This document shows positions 12,276-24,889 of a stretch of 33,509 nt of DNA, piece after piece (the first letter of the stretch is position 1; each line of letters starts with the position of its first letter). Source of the DNA: Proteromonas lacertae. Lineage: Eukaryota. The position numbers were made by a program, and so were the translations under genes. Location of the stretch: the NCBI GenBank assembly GCA_002245135.1, contig NGBS01000296.1:248001-281509 (forward strand), in the 5' to 3' direction. The notes beneath the pieces were generated by a model, which did not search any database, was not told the origin of the DNA, and saw nothing but the letters and a program-made list of their open reading frames with translations.

Positions 12276-14168
12276 ATTTATTGGTTCTGGTGGTGGTGTT
12301 TGTTGAATTGGTTCATTATTATTATTTCCTTTATCTGATGATGATGATGATGGTTTGATTGTACTTTGAATATCATTCATAACAGAAGTGAATAAATCAT
12401 CAATATTCTCATCACTTGTATTCTATAACATAATAATAATAATAATAATAATAATATATATATATATATATATACTCCATCTGCTGTATTTTTAGATATT
12501 TGTGATGATGTATCATTAATTGAACTCTTCGATTCTGATTTCTGCAATCCCAATTCCTTTTCTAAGGATGCTAATTCTTCCAAATACTATACAAATAATA
12601 TAACTAAACATATATATATATATATATACATTTCTTTTAGCTGGAGTAGTTGATTGTATAACAGGTGATTCTACAGGATTATCATATTCAATTGTATTCT
12701 CAGTTATTCCAAAGGCACTATTAATTAGATTCTGTTTAGTAGCTCTTTTACCATCAACAGCTGTTCTTTTGGATTTCCTTTCATTCACTTCATCCCAAAA
12801 TGATTTATTCGATCCAATTACTGATTCATAGACGTCTGTAGCTTCTTTTAACTCCTGCTTTTCTCTAAATAATAATAATAATAATATATATAAATACTCT
12901 TGAATCACCATTTTATCATCAAATACTAAATCAACACAAAAATCAGATGGAAATCTATATTAAATTTAATATTTATACTTTGTAAATTTATCAGTTAAAG
13001 GTCCATCTAGTTCCTGTATTGGAAGTGATAAATGATTATTTTGTATATAACCAGTGTGGAAACCACATCGCCATAAGGATATCCATTTATTAGTCTCATC
13101 TTTCTGTCGACATCTTATCAATATATTACCCTATATAAAATAAAATAAAATAAAATAAAATAGTGAAAATACTTGTAAAATAACATCAATATCAAATTTA
13201 ACTACATTCTCTTCCACTTCTGGATATTCTGAAGTATATAATATTGAACCGCCTTTTAATATTTGCAATATAGGATTATATTCACGTAAAATCGACAAAC
13301 TTAGGCTTGTTCATAATAATTACACGAATTAATCTCAACGGATTACTGGCTGGTCTGATACCGTCTAATATTTTACCGAAATATTGTACATATCTTCGTT
13401 GAGATGGTATTAACAAATTCATTCTATTTCCACCTCTCTTTTCACACACATAATCTAATGCAAAATCAGGTGTAGGAAAGAATCCACTCCAGGCTAAGAA
13501 ACATGATGCTGTTGTAATTGTTCTGCCTTTACCATTCTATATAAAAAAAAAAAACAATAAAAAATATTGAATTATACAATGCAATGTATTACTACAACGT
13601 TATTACTGTCTGATAATAACCAGTTTTCTATAGTCCATGAGATTTTAAATAGCATTCCTAATGGTGGTGCTGGATATCCTGGAGAAAAGAATTCTACAAT
13701 CTATTTATTCTCATTTAATGGTAAAAATACGCTGTTATCAAATAATGATCCATCATAATGACGGTCAGATAGATTTACTATTAAAAAATGACCTGGGTGA
13801 TGATCATGTAGATATTTAGAGATAAGTAAATGTCTATCTCTTCCCAAAGTTGACATAACTGATGGTTCATCAGAAAATGGATATGACATGACTATAATTA
13901 ATTATATGAAATATATACTGATTATTTTTGGTGTTATATAAACCATATCAGGAATTTCACCTGTTTTGACTGTGTTCAAACTCTTTTCAGCTTGTTCGCG
14001 CAATTTATTTAATTCTTCTGCTGTTTTGCTTGTAGCTTCTCTTACATTTTCTTTAAATCTGTTATAGCCTTCGCTTTGTAAGAATCCATTAACTCCCTAA
14101 ATATCATATTACTGATTAATGAATACTGACGAAATAGCTTCACCAACATGATTAAAGAAACCAAACAT
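11619..14168 (-). CDS. Tensin/PTEN/auxilin-type phosphatase plus C2 domain with an acidic disordered tail; +1 frameshift at ~13284
   Basis: The spliced product has DMVYITPKIIIMSYP, HFLIVNLSDRHYD, PGYPAPPL, the P-loop VIHCINGKGRT (split by an intron), PSQRRYVQYF, and C2 motifs GNILIRC, WRCGFHTGYI, ELDG and FPSDFCVDLVF. Confidence 0.9.
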
Positions 14169-14247
14169 ATCTCAAAAAGAAGTTTTGAAAATAATACCAA
14201 GATTTGATCAAATCGCAATTCAACATTTTTTTTGACTAGATTTTTTA
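14169..14247. promoter_or_regulatory. Putative bidirectional promoter (79 bp between divergent ATGs)
   Basis: Head-to-head start codons at 14168 (-) and 14248 (+). Confidence 0.55.
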
Positions 14248-17200
14248 ATGGGTTGCTCTAATAGTGTATAAGGATAAATAAATATATTCGATATAGAAGA
14301 GTGTTGAGACTGTTGAGACGCAAGAAGAGAATAGTATAAAGCATAGTTACATCTTTCTAGAAGTGATAGAACCAACTCCTTTAGATCCAGTAGAAAGTAT
14401 TTTTATTCAACTGCAGAGTAATGACACAATGAAATTACTAGAAGCTTGTACAACTATCAAAAGAGACTTAGATGCTAGGTCGTGTATATGGAAATGCATC
14501 TATTTATTTTCTAGCCACAGGATTGCAATTATCCCACTCTGAGAAAGTCATATCTCAATTATTCAGACTTTTAAACTCAGAGAAAGATGATATCTGCATC
14601 AGGATATGTGACATTTTACTCATAGAATCTAGGATCAGTTTTGATTCAGTAAAAACTGCATATGATAATTGTCATCCAATCGAGACACTCTATAAATGTA
14701 TTAACTCTTCCAACACTGAAGTGAGAGAAAAAGCACAGGATTTGAAGAGTAGATTAGATCCAACATCAGTTTCGCCTAGTATATATAATATTAATCCAAT
14801 TAATTTCTAATTTTGTAGCTCCTTCAGAAACACCATCAAGTACTCTAACGCCTACAATACGTGATGCACCTACCACAGTTGAAGATGTAAAAATCACACT
14901 CACTGAAGGAGAAAAAGAGAAGAATGAAGTTAATTCACCTTCAGCTCCAATTGGTGATTTAATAAAAAGGTTAAAACCACGAAACCAGACAGAAGTAGAA
15001 AGAAACTCTATAATAACAGATATATCAATAAATATAAAGAGTGATAGTATAAATATTATTATAATAAATAAATAGAAACACAAATGAAGTTATTACAGAA
15101 TAAATCCATGATAGAAACACTGTTAGATTGTATAGTATCAACATCTGTCAAATACAACGATATACTCATCATAATATGTAACTTAATATACCAAATAATA
15201 GAAGAATCAGATGACTTACAGAATTACTTCATTACTCATAATGGATTTAAAATCTTGTTACCTTTACTCAATATAGGAAATAACAGTATAAAAGTACAAT
15301 TAACAATTAATATATGTAATATAATCAATATATTATGTGAAAATAAAGATGATAATTTTATTGATTTCTCTCAAAATAAAGGAATTATTTTACTCTGTCA
15401 ATCTCTTACTGATAATAATAATAATAATAATGATCAAGAGAATAATATAAATGAAATGAAGAAAGCAATTATCTATACTTTATCAGTTTTACCATTTAAT
15501 GAAGATAATGAAGGTGATATATTGAAGACTAAATGCATTGAAGTCTTAATAGAGTACTTATCATTAGAGAATATTGATTTGACATTATTATCATTAAATG
15601 CATTATATACACTATCAATAACAGAAGAAATAAGAGAATATATGGCTAATAAATACTCCTTAGTGGAGACTTTAATCAATTTGTTATTAGTGAAGTTAAA
15701 ACATTTTGATCTACAAACTGCAGGTATTAAACTATTGATTGATATTGTTGGTAATGGTGAATCATGTGAAAAATTAGATGAAGAAAGTGTGATGAAAATT
15801 ATTAATAATGGATTGAGTTATATTGAGAATAAAGTGTTGGTATGCTATTCGTTGGAATTGTTATTGAGTTTATTGGATAATGAATTTAATTTTCCATCTA
15901 ATTCTCCTATTTATAGCCAATTATTGAAGTTATTAAAACTAAGTGATGAAAGAAATAATACTAGTGAAAATAGTAATAATAATGATGATAATAGCAATAG
16001 TAATGATATAAGTTATATAATAAGCTTGTCATGTCAAGCTTTATGTTTTATATTTGAAAGTGTCGAAGGATTAGAAGTACCAGCAGTTGAGTATAATAAA
16101 TATATAAAAGAATGTATTGATAATTCAAAATGTTATAATTTAAACGTTGAACAAATAGCTAAACTACGTTATATATTATCATTAATAAGTATGTTAATAT
16201 TATTGTTATTGATAATTATATATGAATAGATTTATCTGAAAGTGAAAGGAAAAAGATTGACAAAATAATCGATAATTTAGACAATAATAAAGATATAGAA
16301 ATATCACTAAAATCATATCAAGAAATGATATCTGAAGATAAACCCAATAAAACTGAAGTTATTGATTATTCATCCGAAAGAATCGTTTTTCCAATTGTAC
16401 AAATACTACCAAACCATAAAAATAGTGTAAAAATGGCCAATTTGGTTTGTAAAATATTAACTGTTTTATGTAAGAATTCAATCTGTTTTGTTAATTCATT
16501 ATCAAAGACTCATATTATATCTGATTTATTACCATTTTTACAGTTGGAAATAAGTAAAATTCATTCAATATTGAGGTTATTATTAGTTATGGATGTTACA
16601 AAGCGTATATATATATATATATATTGTAATGTTTAGATTTAATAACGAATGGTATAGATAGTGAAGAAGTACTTAAACCGTTATTGAAATGTTTTGAATC
16701 TACTGAAGAAGATATGATCATAATTGCCTGTAAGACAATATCATTGTTATGTGATAATTCAAGTATATATATATATATATATATATATTATATTAATTTA
16801 GATGAGAATCAATATTGTTTTAGAAATATAGGAGGAGTTGATATAGTAATAAAATTACTAAAGAAAATGAAAACTGAAAAAGTGAAAATAGAGTTGTACA
16901 AATTATTGGAAGTAATAGTGAATTACAGTGAAAATGAAGTATATATTGGTACAAAAGGAGTAATAGAAATATTACTGAAAGATATGAAACAAAAAGAAGT
17001 TCCAATTACATATATGTTGGTATTAGTTAATGCTTTATCATTATTCTGCGATTGTCGTATAATTAATATTCTATTAATTTGAATAGCTGAAAATCGTGAT
17101 ATATTACGAAACAAAAAAGGATTAGATATTGTCAATAATTTACACTCATTAAATAATCAAGATATTAATCTAATAGTTGATGAAATTAACAGAAGAATGG

Positions 17201-18740
17201 CAACAGATGATAAAGAAGAATTAGGAAGAGATTATGAACTATCTGATCTTGAAGATAATGATGATTACAGTGATGATGAATTTAACTTGAAGGAAGATAA
17301 ATTTGAAAAGAAAGTCAATGAAATGAATAGAGTAAAAGTTCCACAAGAAAAAGTGAATATTTTGAATGAATTAACTAAAATGATCAATAAAAATGGTATA
17401 TATATTATAGCTATTATTTTATATTTTGTATAGATGCAAATAGAGAGATAATCCAATCATCTTATTTCTCTTCAATAACTAAATATTTGGATAGTAAAAG
17501 TAATGATGTTCAGTTTGCAGCATTAAAATTAACAAATGAATTACTCAATTATTCAACAGAAAAGTCAATTGTATTTGATAAGAGAGCATTAAGCAGACTA
17601 ATTACTTTATTAAATTCGAAACGAATTGAAGTAATTACATTGGTATTGCATATATTAGTTATTACAACAAAACATAATTGTATATTGAATTATTTAATAT
17701 TTATGCTTTTTATAGACAGATCATTAATGAAATTATATGAAGGTAATGGATATGATATATTATATAAACTGTTATTAACTGATAAAATATCAATTGATAA
17801 TGTTTCAAATATATTCATATTGTTAATAAGATTATATAATCACAATCGTATATATTATTATTATTATTAATTAAATAGATTGCATATATAAATCAGATTT
17901 ATCAATTGAAATTTTCACAAAATTGATAGAATATTCGAAATGTCCAAATCCATTAGCTCAAGTTTATGCTTGTTATATAATAGCTAATATATGTCGAGAT
18001 GAAACAAATAGTATATATTATTATTATTATTATTAACATGTAGAAAACCTTGTTTCTGTTTTTATCAAAGAGAGAATAATAGACATTTATATCAGTCTAC
18101 TTGAAATTCAAAGTAATTATATTCAATCATTAATATATCAATCTATTATCTTGATATTGTCAAATCGTATAATAATAATTATTATTGTTATTGTTATCAA
18201 TAGAATCAATAACAAAGCAGCTGTTAACAACAAATATAATAAAAATTATAATAAAACAATACAAATCAGAGAATGATCCTAAAGATATTGAATATATGGT
18301 TTGTTATATATTACATGTACTATCGAAGAATAATAGTATATATATATATTAATATATTAATGATAGAAGAAATAGAGAATATAATATTAGATCAAATAAA
18401 TGTCAAATCACTCAGTAAATTGTTAGTGATGAATAAATCAATATATATTGGAAGTATATGTTCATTGTTATTATTCCATTATAATTCCAATAACAATTCA
18501 AAATCTTATTTAGAGAATAATGAAGAAGTTATGAAAACATTAATCAATATATTAATGTCATCGAAATATGAAGAGATAATAAAATCAACATCTCTATTGA
18601 TGAATACATTATCACTTAAATTTTTACCAGAATTGAAAAAGAATAAATCATTGATCGATAGGATAAAACATTTAGAAAATAATGTGTCAACTCAAACAAA
18701 AATGACACTCAAAGATTTAATTAATAGAATTATATTATAA
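14248..18740 (+). CDS. Armadillo-repeat protein with an N-terminal MGC myristoylation/palmitoylation signal (Vac8/ARO-like architecture)
   Basis: Starts MGCSNSKS. Fifteen GTAT..TAG introns splice cleanly in frame to TAA 18740. Helical ARM-type repeats, e.g. NQYCFRNIGGVDIVIKLL and NEVYIGTKGVIEILL. Confidence 0.85.
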
Positions 18741-19054
18741 CTCTATTTTTCAAATTTAATTGTTGATTATTATGGAATTGTTAATGTCTATTATAGTCAT
18801 TAACGCATAATATTCTATTTTGAAATTGTTTTCAAGCTTTTCAATCAAGCTTTTTCATTTCAAATTTAAAATGTTAATGAGAAGAGAAAAATATACACTC
18901 GAAATATCAATTTTGATGAATAGAATTACAGATTTATTCTGTTGTGGAGAGACTGTAGTAAGATAATATAAACTAAGTAATTATAATCAAAACATAATAT
19001 GTTAACAATTGTATATATTTAATATTATAATAGGCAAGATATATTTGCGATTAA

Positions 19055-19993
19055 CTACATGTTCTGTTGTTTTTGTAGGAAATATGTGTATTTCTTCTTC
19101 AGCATACAATATGCACATAGTCTTCCTCCCTTGTTAAATCTTCTCTTTGATCTTTTACAATTACATCTGTAACAAGTTTTATAATCACCTTTAATTGGTG
19201 TTTTTTCCCAATCTCCCAAATGACGAATATTATTAACACCAGTTGAACAGAATAAACACATGAAGTTCTTATTCTCTCTTAGTAAAAGTAATCTATTTTT
19301 ATCTTGTGATTTATTACATATGTGACAAATTTCATCCTCACCATATTCAGGTAGTTTTGATAATTTAGGAGTAGTACTGTTTATACTGGATTTTTTCGCT
19401 TTTTTCAATGATATGTTATGTTGTTGAGAAGATAATGGTTGTTGATTTTTATTTTCGCAATGTAAATTCGATATTATATTATCATTAAATGCATCATTTT
19501 GTTGATAATCACATGCAGCATACATTTCTTCATCTACTCTGCTTGAATTATAGTCATTTATAGGATATAATGGAGGTAGATCTGAATAATCATCTTGTTC
19601 TATAGCATTTTTACTAATAAAACTATTATTTATTACATTTTCGATAATATTATGAAGAAATAATAATAACTGTGAGTTAGAAAAATTATCTTTGAAATCT
19701 GAAGGTAACGGAATAACTAAATCAAGCGTTTGCGATATGCTATTGTTGTTCTGTAACGTTGGGTTAATATCATCTATATAATGTTCATTACAATCTCTTT
19801 CAGGAAATGCTTCAAGGTATGAAGGAGTTGAATCAAATACATCACTGTTATGATATACTTGCTCTTTATTACTGACACATACTTTCTTCTGGTTTGTTGT
19901 TTCTTCGAAATTTAAGTTAAAACAAGAATAAATGTCAGTCGCAATATCTGAAGGTGATGGGTGTATGGAATATTCATTATATTTTCTTTTCAT
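19055..19993 (-). CDS. Protein with two C-terminal Cys4 zinc fingers and a basic region (paralogue A); start uncertain
   Basis: Intronless ORF; first in-frame ATG at 19993, with the frame open to ~20068. Motifs CHIC-x19-CLFC and CYRC-x15-CAYC with KRSKRRF. Confidence 0.75.
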   Translation of the reverse strand: MKRKYNEYSIHPSPSDIATDIYSCFNLNFEETTNQKKVCVSNKEQVYHNSDVFDSTPSYLEAFPERDCNEHYIDDINPTLQNNNSISQTLDLVIPLPSDFKDNFSNSQLLLFLHNIIENVINNSFISKNAIEQDDYSDLPPLYPINDYNSSRVDEEMYAACDYQQNDAFNDNIISNLHCENKNQQPLSSQQHNISLKKAKKSSINSTTPKLSKLPEYGEDEICHICNKSQDKNRLLLLRENKNFMCLFCSTGVNNIRHLGDWEKTPIKGDYKTCYRCNCKRSKRRFNKGGRLCAYCMLKKKYTYFLQKQQNM

Positions 19994-20395
19994 ATTATCT
20001 ATATTATTGGTGTAAGTACAGTTTATACTGGAATTAGGCAAACTTCTTCTCAAGCTATTTAAAAACTTTTACATTCACAATATGCATCACTGAAGTATAT
20101 TATTCTTAATTTTAACTAATTATATAACATATATTATAAATAAAAGAAAAGAAGTTATTTTATTACTTAATTACCAAATGTAAATTTCCTAAGAGTGCTT
20201 GCTTTTTCACTATTTGTGTCATTACAGTGAGAGTATATTATTGTGATTATATATTATTTATTATTATAAAAAGCTTTATTGCATAGCTGCTATCAATACT
20301 TTTGTAAAATCAGCATGTTATACAACTTATAACATTTCATGACTATAAGCGCAGTGTATAGAGTAATATAAATATAAGGAATTAAAAATATGTAA

Positions 20396-21305
20396 TTAAA
20401 TTGAGAATAAACAAATTTTTATATATTTCTTACATCCATAAACATATTTCTTCTTCAACACACAATATGCACATAGTCTTTTACCGATCATAAATCTTCG
20501 CTTTGATCTTTTACAATTACATCTATAACAGTCTTTGGTTGATTCATAATGTGGTGTAACTTCCCAGTCACTCAGATCAGTAATATTTTCAACAAATTTT
20601 ATAGAACATTCCAAACAAATGTATTTTTGTTTGTAAATAAATAGTGCATTTTTATCAATCTGTTTATTACACATATTGCATTTTGCTTTTTCTCCGTATA
20701 ATAGTAGTCTTCTAAAATTTGATAATTTGCGATTTGTAATAGGCTCTATTTCAGTTGTCTGTTCACTCTCTTCCTCTTTGTGACAGACTTCATGCATTAC
20801 ACCAATTTGTTCAACTCCATCATTCGAATTGTTTGAAATAACTGAATAAGTAATATTCACCTTTTCATTATCACCTTTATTTGTATTATGTAAAATATTT
20901 TGTTGATTATTCTTTAAACCAACATTTGATGTATTAATAAATTCATTTACTATATTATCTCTTTTTTGATCATTTATACCTTCACTATTTCTGATATTAC
21001 CATCAAGTTTATAAAAAGGTATTTGAGGATAAGAATTATATATTTTATACTTATCAATCGTTTTATCTTTGTTATCTATTTAACTTATATTTACATTTAT
21101 TTATACCCACTAATGAAGGAAGATTTAGAACGCTTGGTAAAATATCCCATGTATTACTTTCAGAATTGTTCTCAGGAGTATTTGTATCTTCCTTATAATT
21201 ACTAGACGATGATTGTAATGATGAAAAGAGTAAATTAGGGTAATTGTCTTCTTCAGGTAGAGGAGTGTATAACCCCTCTTCGTTTTCACTATTACAGTAT
21301 GACAT
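20396..21305 (-). CDS. Protein with two C-terminal Cys4 zinc fingers (paralogue B)
   Basis: ATG 21305, one intron 21076-21106, in frame to 20396. Motifs CNMC-x17-CLEC and CYRCNCKRSKRRFMIGKRLCAYCVLKKKY, nearly identical to paralogue A's second finger. Confidence 0.8.
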
Positions 21306-21471
21306 TTATAAGTTCTTTATAGAGTTTCACAACTGTAAATTGAAAGTAATGAATAAATTTCAATAAAAATTAATCAAGTTTATTCAAACATAAAATTTTA
21401 AAAATAAAAATATAGGGGTTTTGAAATTCAAAAAAAAATACTCGTTTCATTTCTCTAATTAAGAATTTTGA

Positions 21472-22886
21472 ATGTTAGATAGTATTCTAAGCATTTTAAT
21501 TATTTTAATTGTATTAAATGAGTCGAATGCATGGTGGCTTACCAATACATGTAAGTATAAAGATAACCCTTTACATAATTTAAGAAAAGAACTTGATAGT
21601 AGACTTATAAATCAAGATATTGCTAAAAATGATCTTTATGATGTGATTGAAGAATGGTACCATTATAGAACATCGTATATATATATTTTGTTATACTGTA
21701 GTGCTTTAGTGATTCCATTTGGTGGTCCTACAAGAACAGGAAAAACTCTTGCTTCTCAAATTGTTGGAAATTCATTTTTGTATTTTTATGAAATAAATTG
21801 TCTATGTTATATAGTGATACAGATTCACCAGCTTATCATTCAGTTTCGTATTAAATAAATAATATTTTGTTTATATAGAATGAGTCAAATGCCTTTCGGA
21901 AACAATATTGAAAAAGCTTCAGAGAATATAAGAAAATCTATAATAAATGGAATAAAGCAATGTAAAAAGCTAACAGTATTTGTGTTTGATGAAATACAAA
22001 GTGTTGATTCAGAAATATTCCAAAGTTTAAATGATATATTAGATGAAAGAGGTTATGCAACAATTGATCCTATAAGTAATGAAAGATTAAACACATCAAA
22101 TGTATAATAATAATAATTATTATTATTATTATTGAATAGAGTATTTTTATTTTTATAACAGATATTACTGAAGGCTTTTTAGATATAATAACAAAGAATC
22201 AATTGATATTTCAAGATCAAATGGATTTGAAAAAAAAAATAGATGAAAAATTTAGAGTAAATAATATAATAGTGCCATTTACTCGACATATGAAAAAACC
22301 AGTTGTGTTTTATCCATTTTATAGTAGTGATTTGAAAGATGTAATGAAAGTGGATTGGAATAATGAAGTGTTAAAACAAAAGAAATATTCTAACATAACA
22401 ATAAGTGATAAAATAATTGATTATATCGTTTCTCCAAATAATAGAATTGTTTCAGTATAAATATAATTGATTAATAATTTTTTGTAATATAGTATAATAA
22501 ATTCAAAGTAGAAGGTAAATCATTGTATATTGCATCAGATAGTTTTGCTGATGTAAAAAATGTAATTAAAAAGTATTTTATAATATTATTTCTATATAAC
22601 CTTTAATAATTAGAATTAAATCATTATCAAGTGATCTTACTGGATTAATACCTTCACAAGGAAATAATTTTATTGAATTTGGAAAAACTCTAAAGTATGA
22701 AATAATAGAAAAGTCGAAAATAAATGCAGAAATTGAAGTAAAATATAATGTTAATTCTAAAACAATACATAAGAAGTATTTATATGAATCGACTATAGAG
22801 TATTATATTTTCTATTCATATAATGTACTAGATCTTTTTTAAATGGTGAAAGAAACTCATTTCAACTAATAAATACCAGTAATTAA
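21472..22886 (+). CDS. Torsin-like (ClpB-D2 clade) AAA+ ATPase with signal peptide, copy 1
   Basis: Signal peptide (..LNESNA/WW), LDSRLINQDIAK, Walker A GPTRTGKT, Walker B VFVFDE, SIFIFITD and VVFYPF. Seven introns splice in frame to TAA 22886. Confidence 0.85.
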
Positions 22887-23116
22887 CAATATTGTATGTA
22901 AGATTATTTAAAATACATTTTTCATTTTATAATTTTGATTTTTTGTATGTTTTTTATATTCCAAAAATTATACCCGTTTCATTTATTATGTAATTTTTAT
23001 TTTTATATGTAAATCTTATGTGGAATTAACATTAACTATGTAAAATAAATTTAAAATGTTTATGTAAGTACATAAAGAATATTTTTTCTTTAAAATATAC
23101 TTTATCAAATTTTAGA

Positions 23117-24420
23117 ATGATTGGTGAAATTTTAAGTAGTATTATAGTATATAAATTTATATCATGGTGGGCTAAAGATATATATCACTACAAATCAAAC
23201 CCTATTCAAAATCTAAGAATTGAACTGAACAATAGACTAATAAATCAAAATATTGCTAAAAATGAAATATATGATATGATATCTGATTGGTATAATGACA
23301 GGAGATCGTATTTGATTTTTCATTTATGAAATAGTGCTCTAATAATCCCAATAGGTGGGCCAAGTAGAACAGGAAAGACACTTGCTGCTAGAATTGTAAG
23401 AGAGTCATTATTGTATGATATATCGATGTAATTATTCTTTAATTAGTGAAATAGATTCACCATGTTATAAATCAGTTTCGTATTAAATGAATAATTTCAT
23501 ATTCATATAGAATGTCAACAATGCCATTTGAATCTTCAAGAAAAATAAGAGAATATGTAATAAATGGAATAAAAGAATGTCCAGGTTTAAACTTATTTGT
23601 GTTTGATGAAATACAAAGTCAAGATTCAAAAATATTCCAAAGTTTAAATGATATATTCGATGAAAAATACTCTTTATACAGAAACGTATTATTATTGCTA
23701 ATAATAATATTGAATAGAGTATTTTTATATTTATAACAGATATAACTGAAAGTGTATATGATATTATTAAGAATAATAAATTTGAATTTCAGGATCAGAT
23801 AGAGTTAAGAAAAGCAATAAATAAAAAATTTGAAGATTCAAATAGTGGATTACCATTTACTCGACATATGAAAAAACCAATTGTGTTTTATCCATTCTAT
23901 AAAGAAAACTTAAGAGATATTATGGAAGTATATCTTTATAGTGTATATAAACAACAACATTTATATTCAGGTATGATTATTGGTGGAAGTGTAATCGATT
24001 ATATCATTTCTCCAAAGAATGGACTTGTAATGGTATGTATGTATAATTATAAACTGAAATTAATAGTATAATGAAAGGGTAGTTGATGGTAAAACCTTAT
24101 TCATAGCATCAGATAGTTTTGCTGATGCTAAAAGTGCAGTTGATGCGTATATGAAATTATGTGTATATAAATAGAATAATTGATGTATCAAATGGTTTAT
24201 CAAAATTAATACCGTCTTCCTCTACAAATACAGAAAATAAAAAATATATATATTTTGATATGAAAGAGAAAGCAAAAGTAAATGCAGAAATTAAAGTCGA
24301 AGGAGTATCTACAAAGAGATATTCATTTACAGCAACTATTACGTATAAAATTATCGTATGTATATTTTATTTAGAGATTTATTAAACGGAGATGTTGATT
24401 CTTTCCAAAAGAGTTTTTAA
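23117..24420 (+). CDS. Torsin-like AAA+ ATPase, copy 2 (weak signal peptide, short internal deletion)
   Basis: Walker A GPSRTGKT, Walker B LFVFDE, the same seven intron positions as copy 1, intact to TAA 24420. Confidence 0.85.
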
Positions 24421-24889
24421 ATAGATAAATTCTATTATTATTTGAGCTTTTTTTTATGTTGAATATACAATATTCCAGGGTTGTTAATTGTATTTATACT
24501 TAATCTATTTCTTAAGTATATGTTTCCCTTTTACTAACATATTCTTTTACTTTTCATCAAATCTTTTATTTTTTATCTAAAGGTGTTACTACTATTTTGA
24601 TTATACATCCATTTCAACGTTTGGAGTTTATTCTGATTTAAAAACTTTGAAAAAAGTAGTTGAATATAAAATAATATAAAATAATACAATGCAATAAATG
24701 ACGAAGAAATAGAAGGAGAAAATATTGAACATGGCAATTTGTTATTAATTATTAATTACTAATTACTACCATATGTTTATATTGTTTTTCTATTTTCAAT
24801 AAAAATGAAAAAACTATTTATTAAATACTAATATTATTCAGTAATATTCAACATAAAAAAAAGCTCAAATAATAATAGAATTTATCTAT

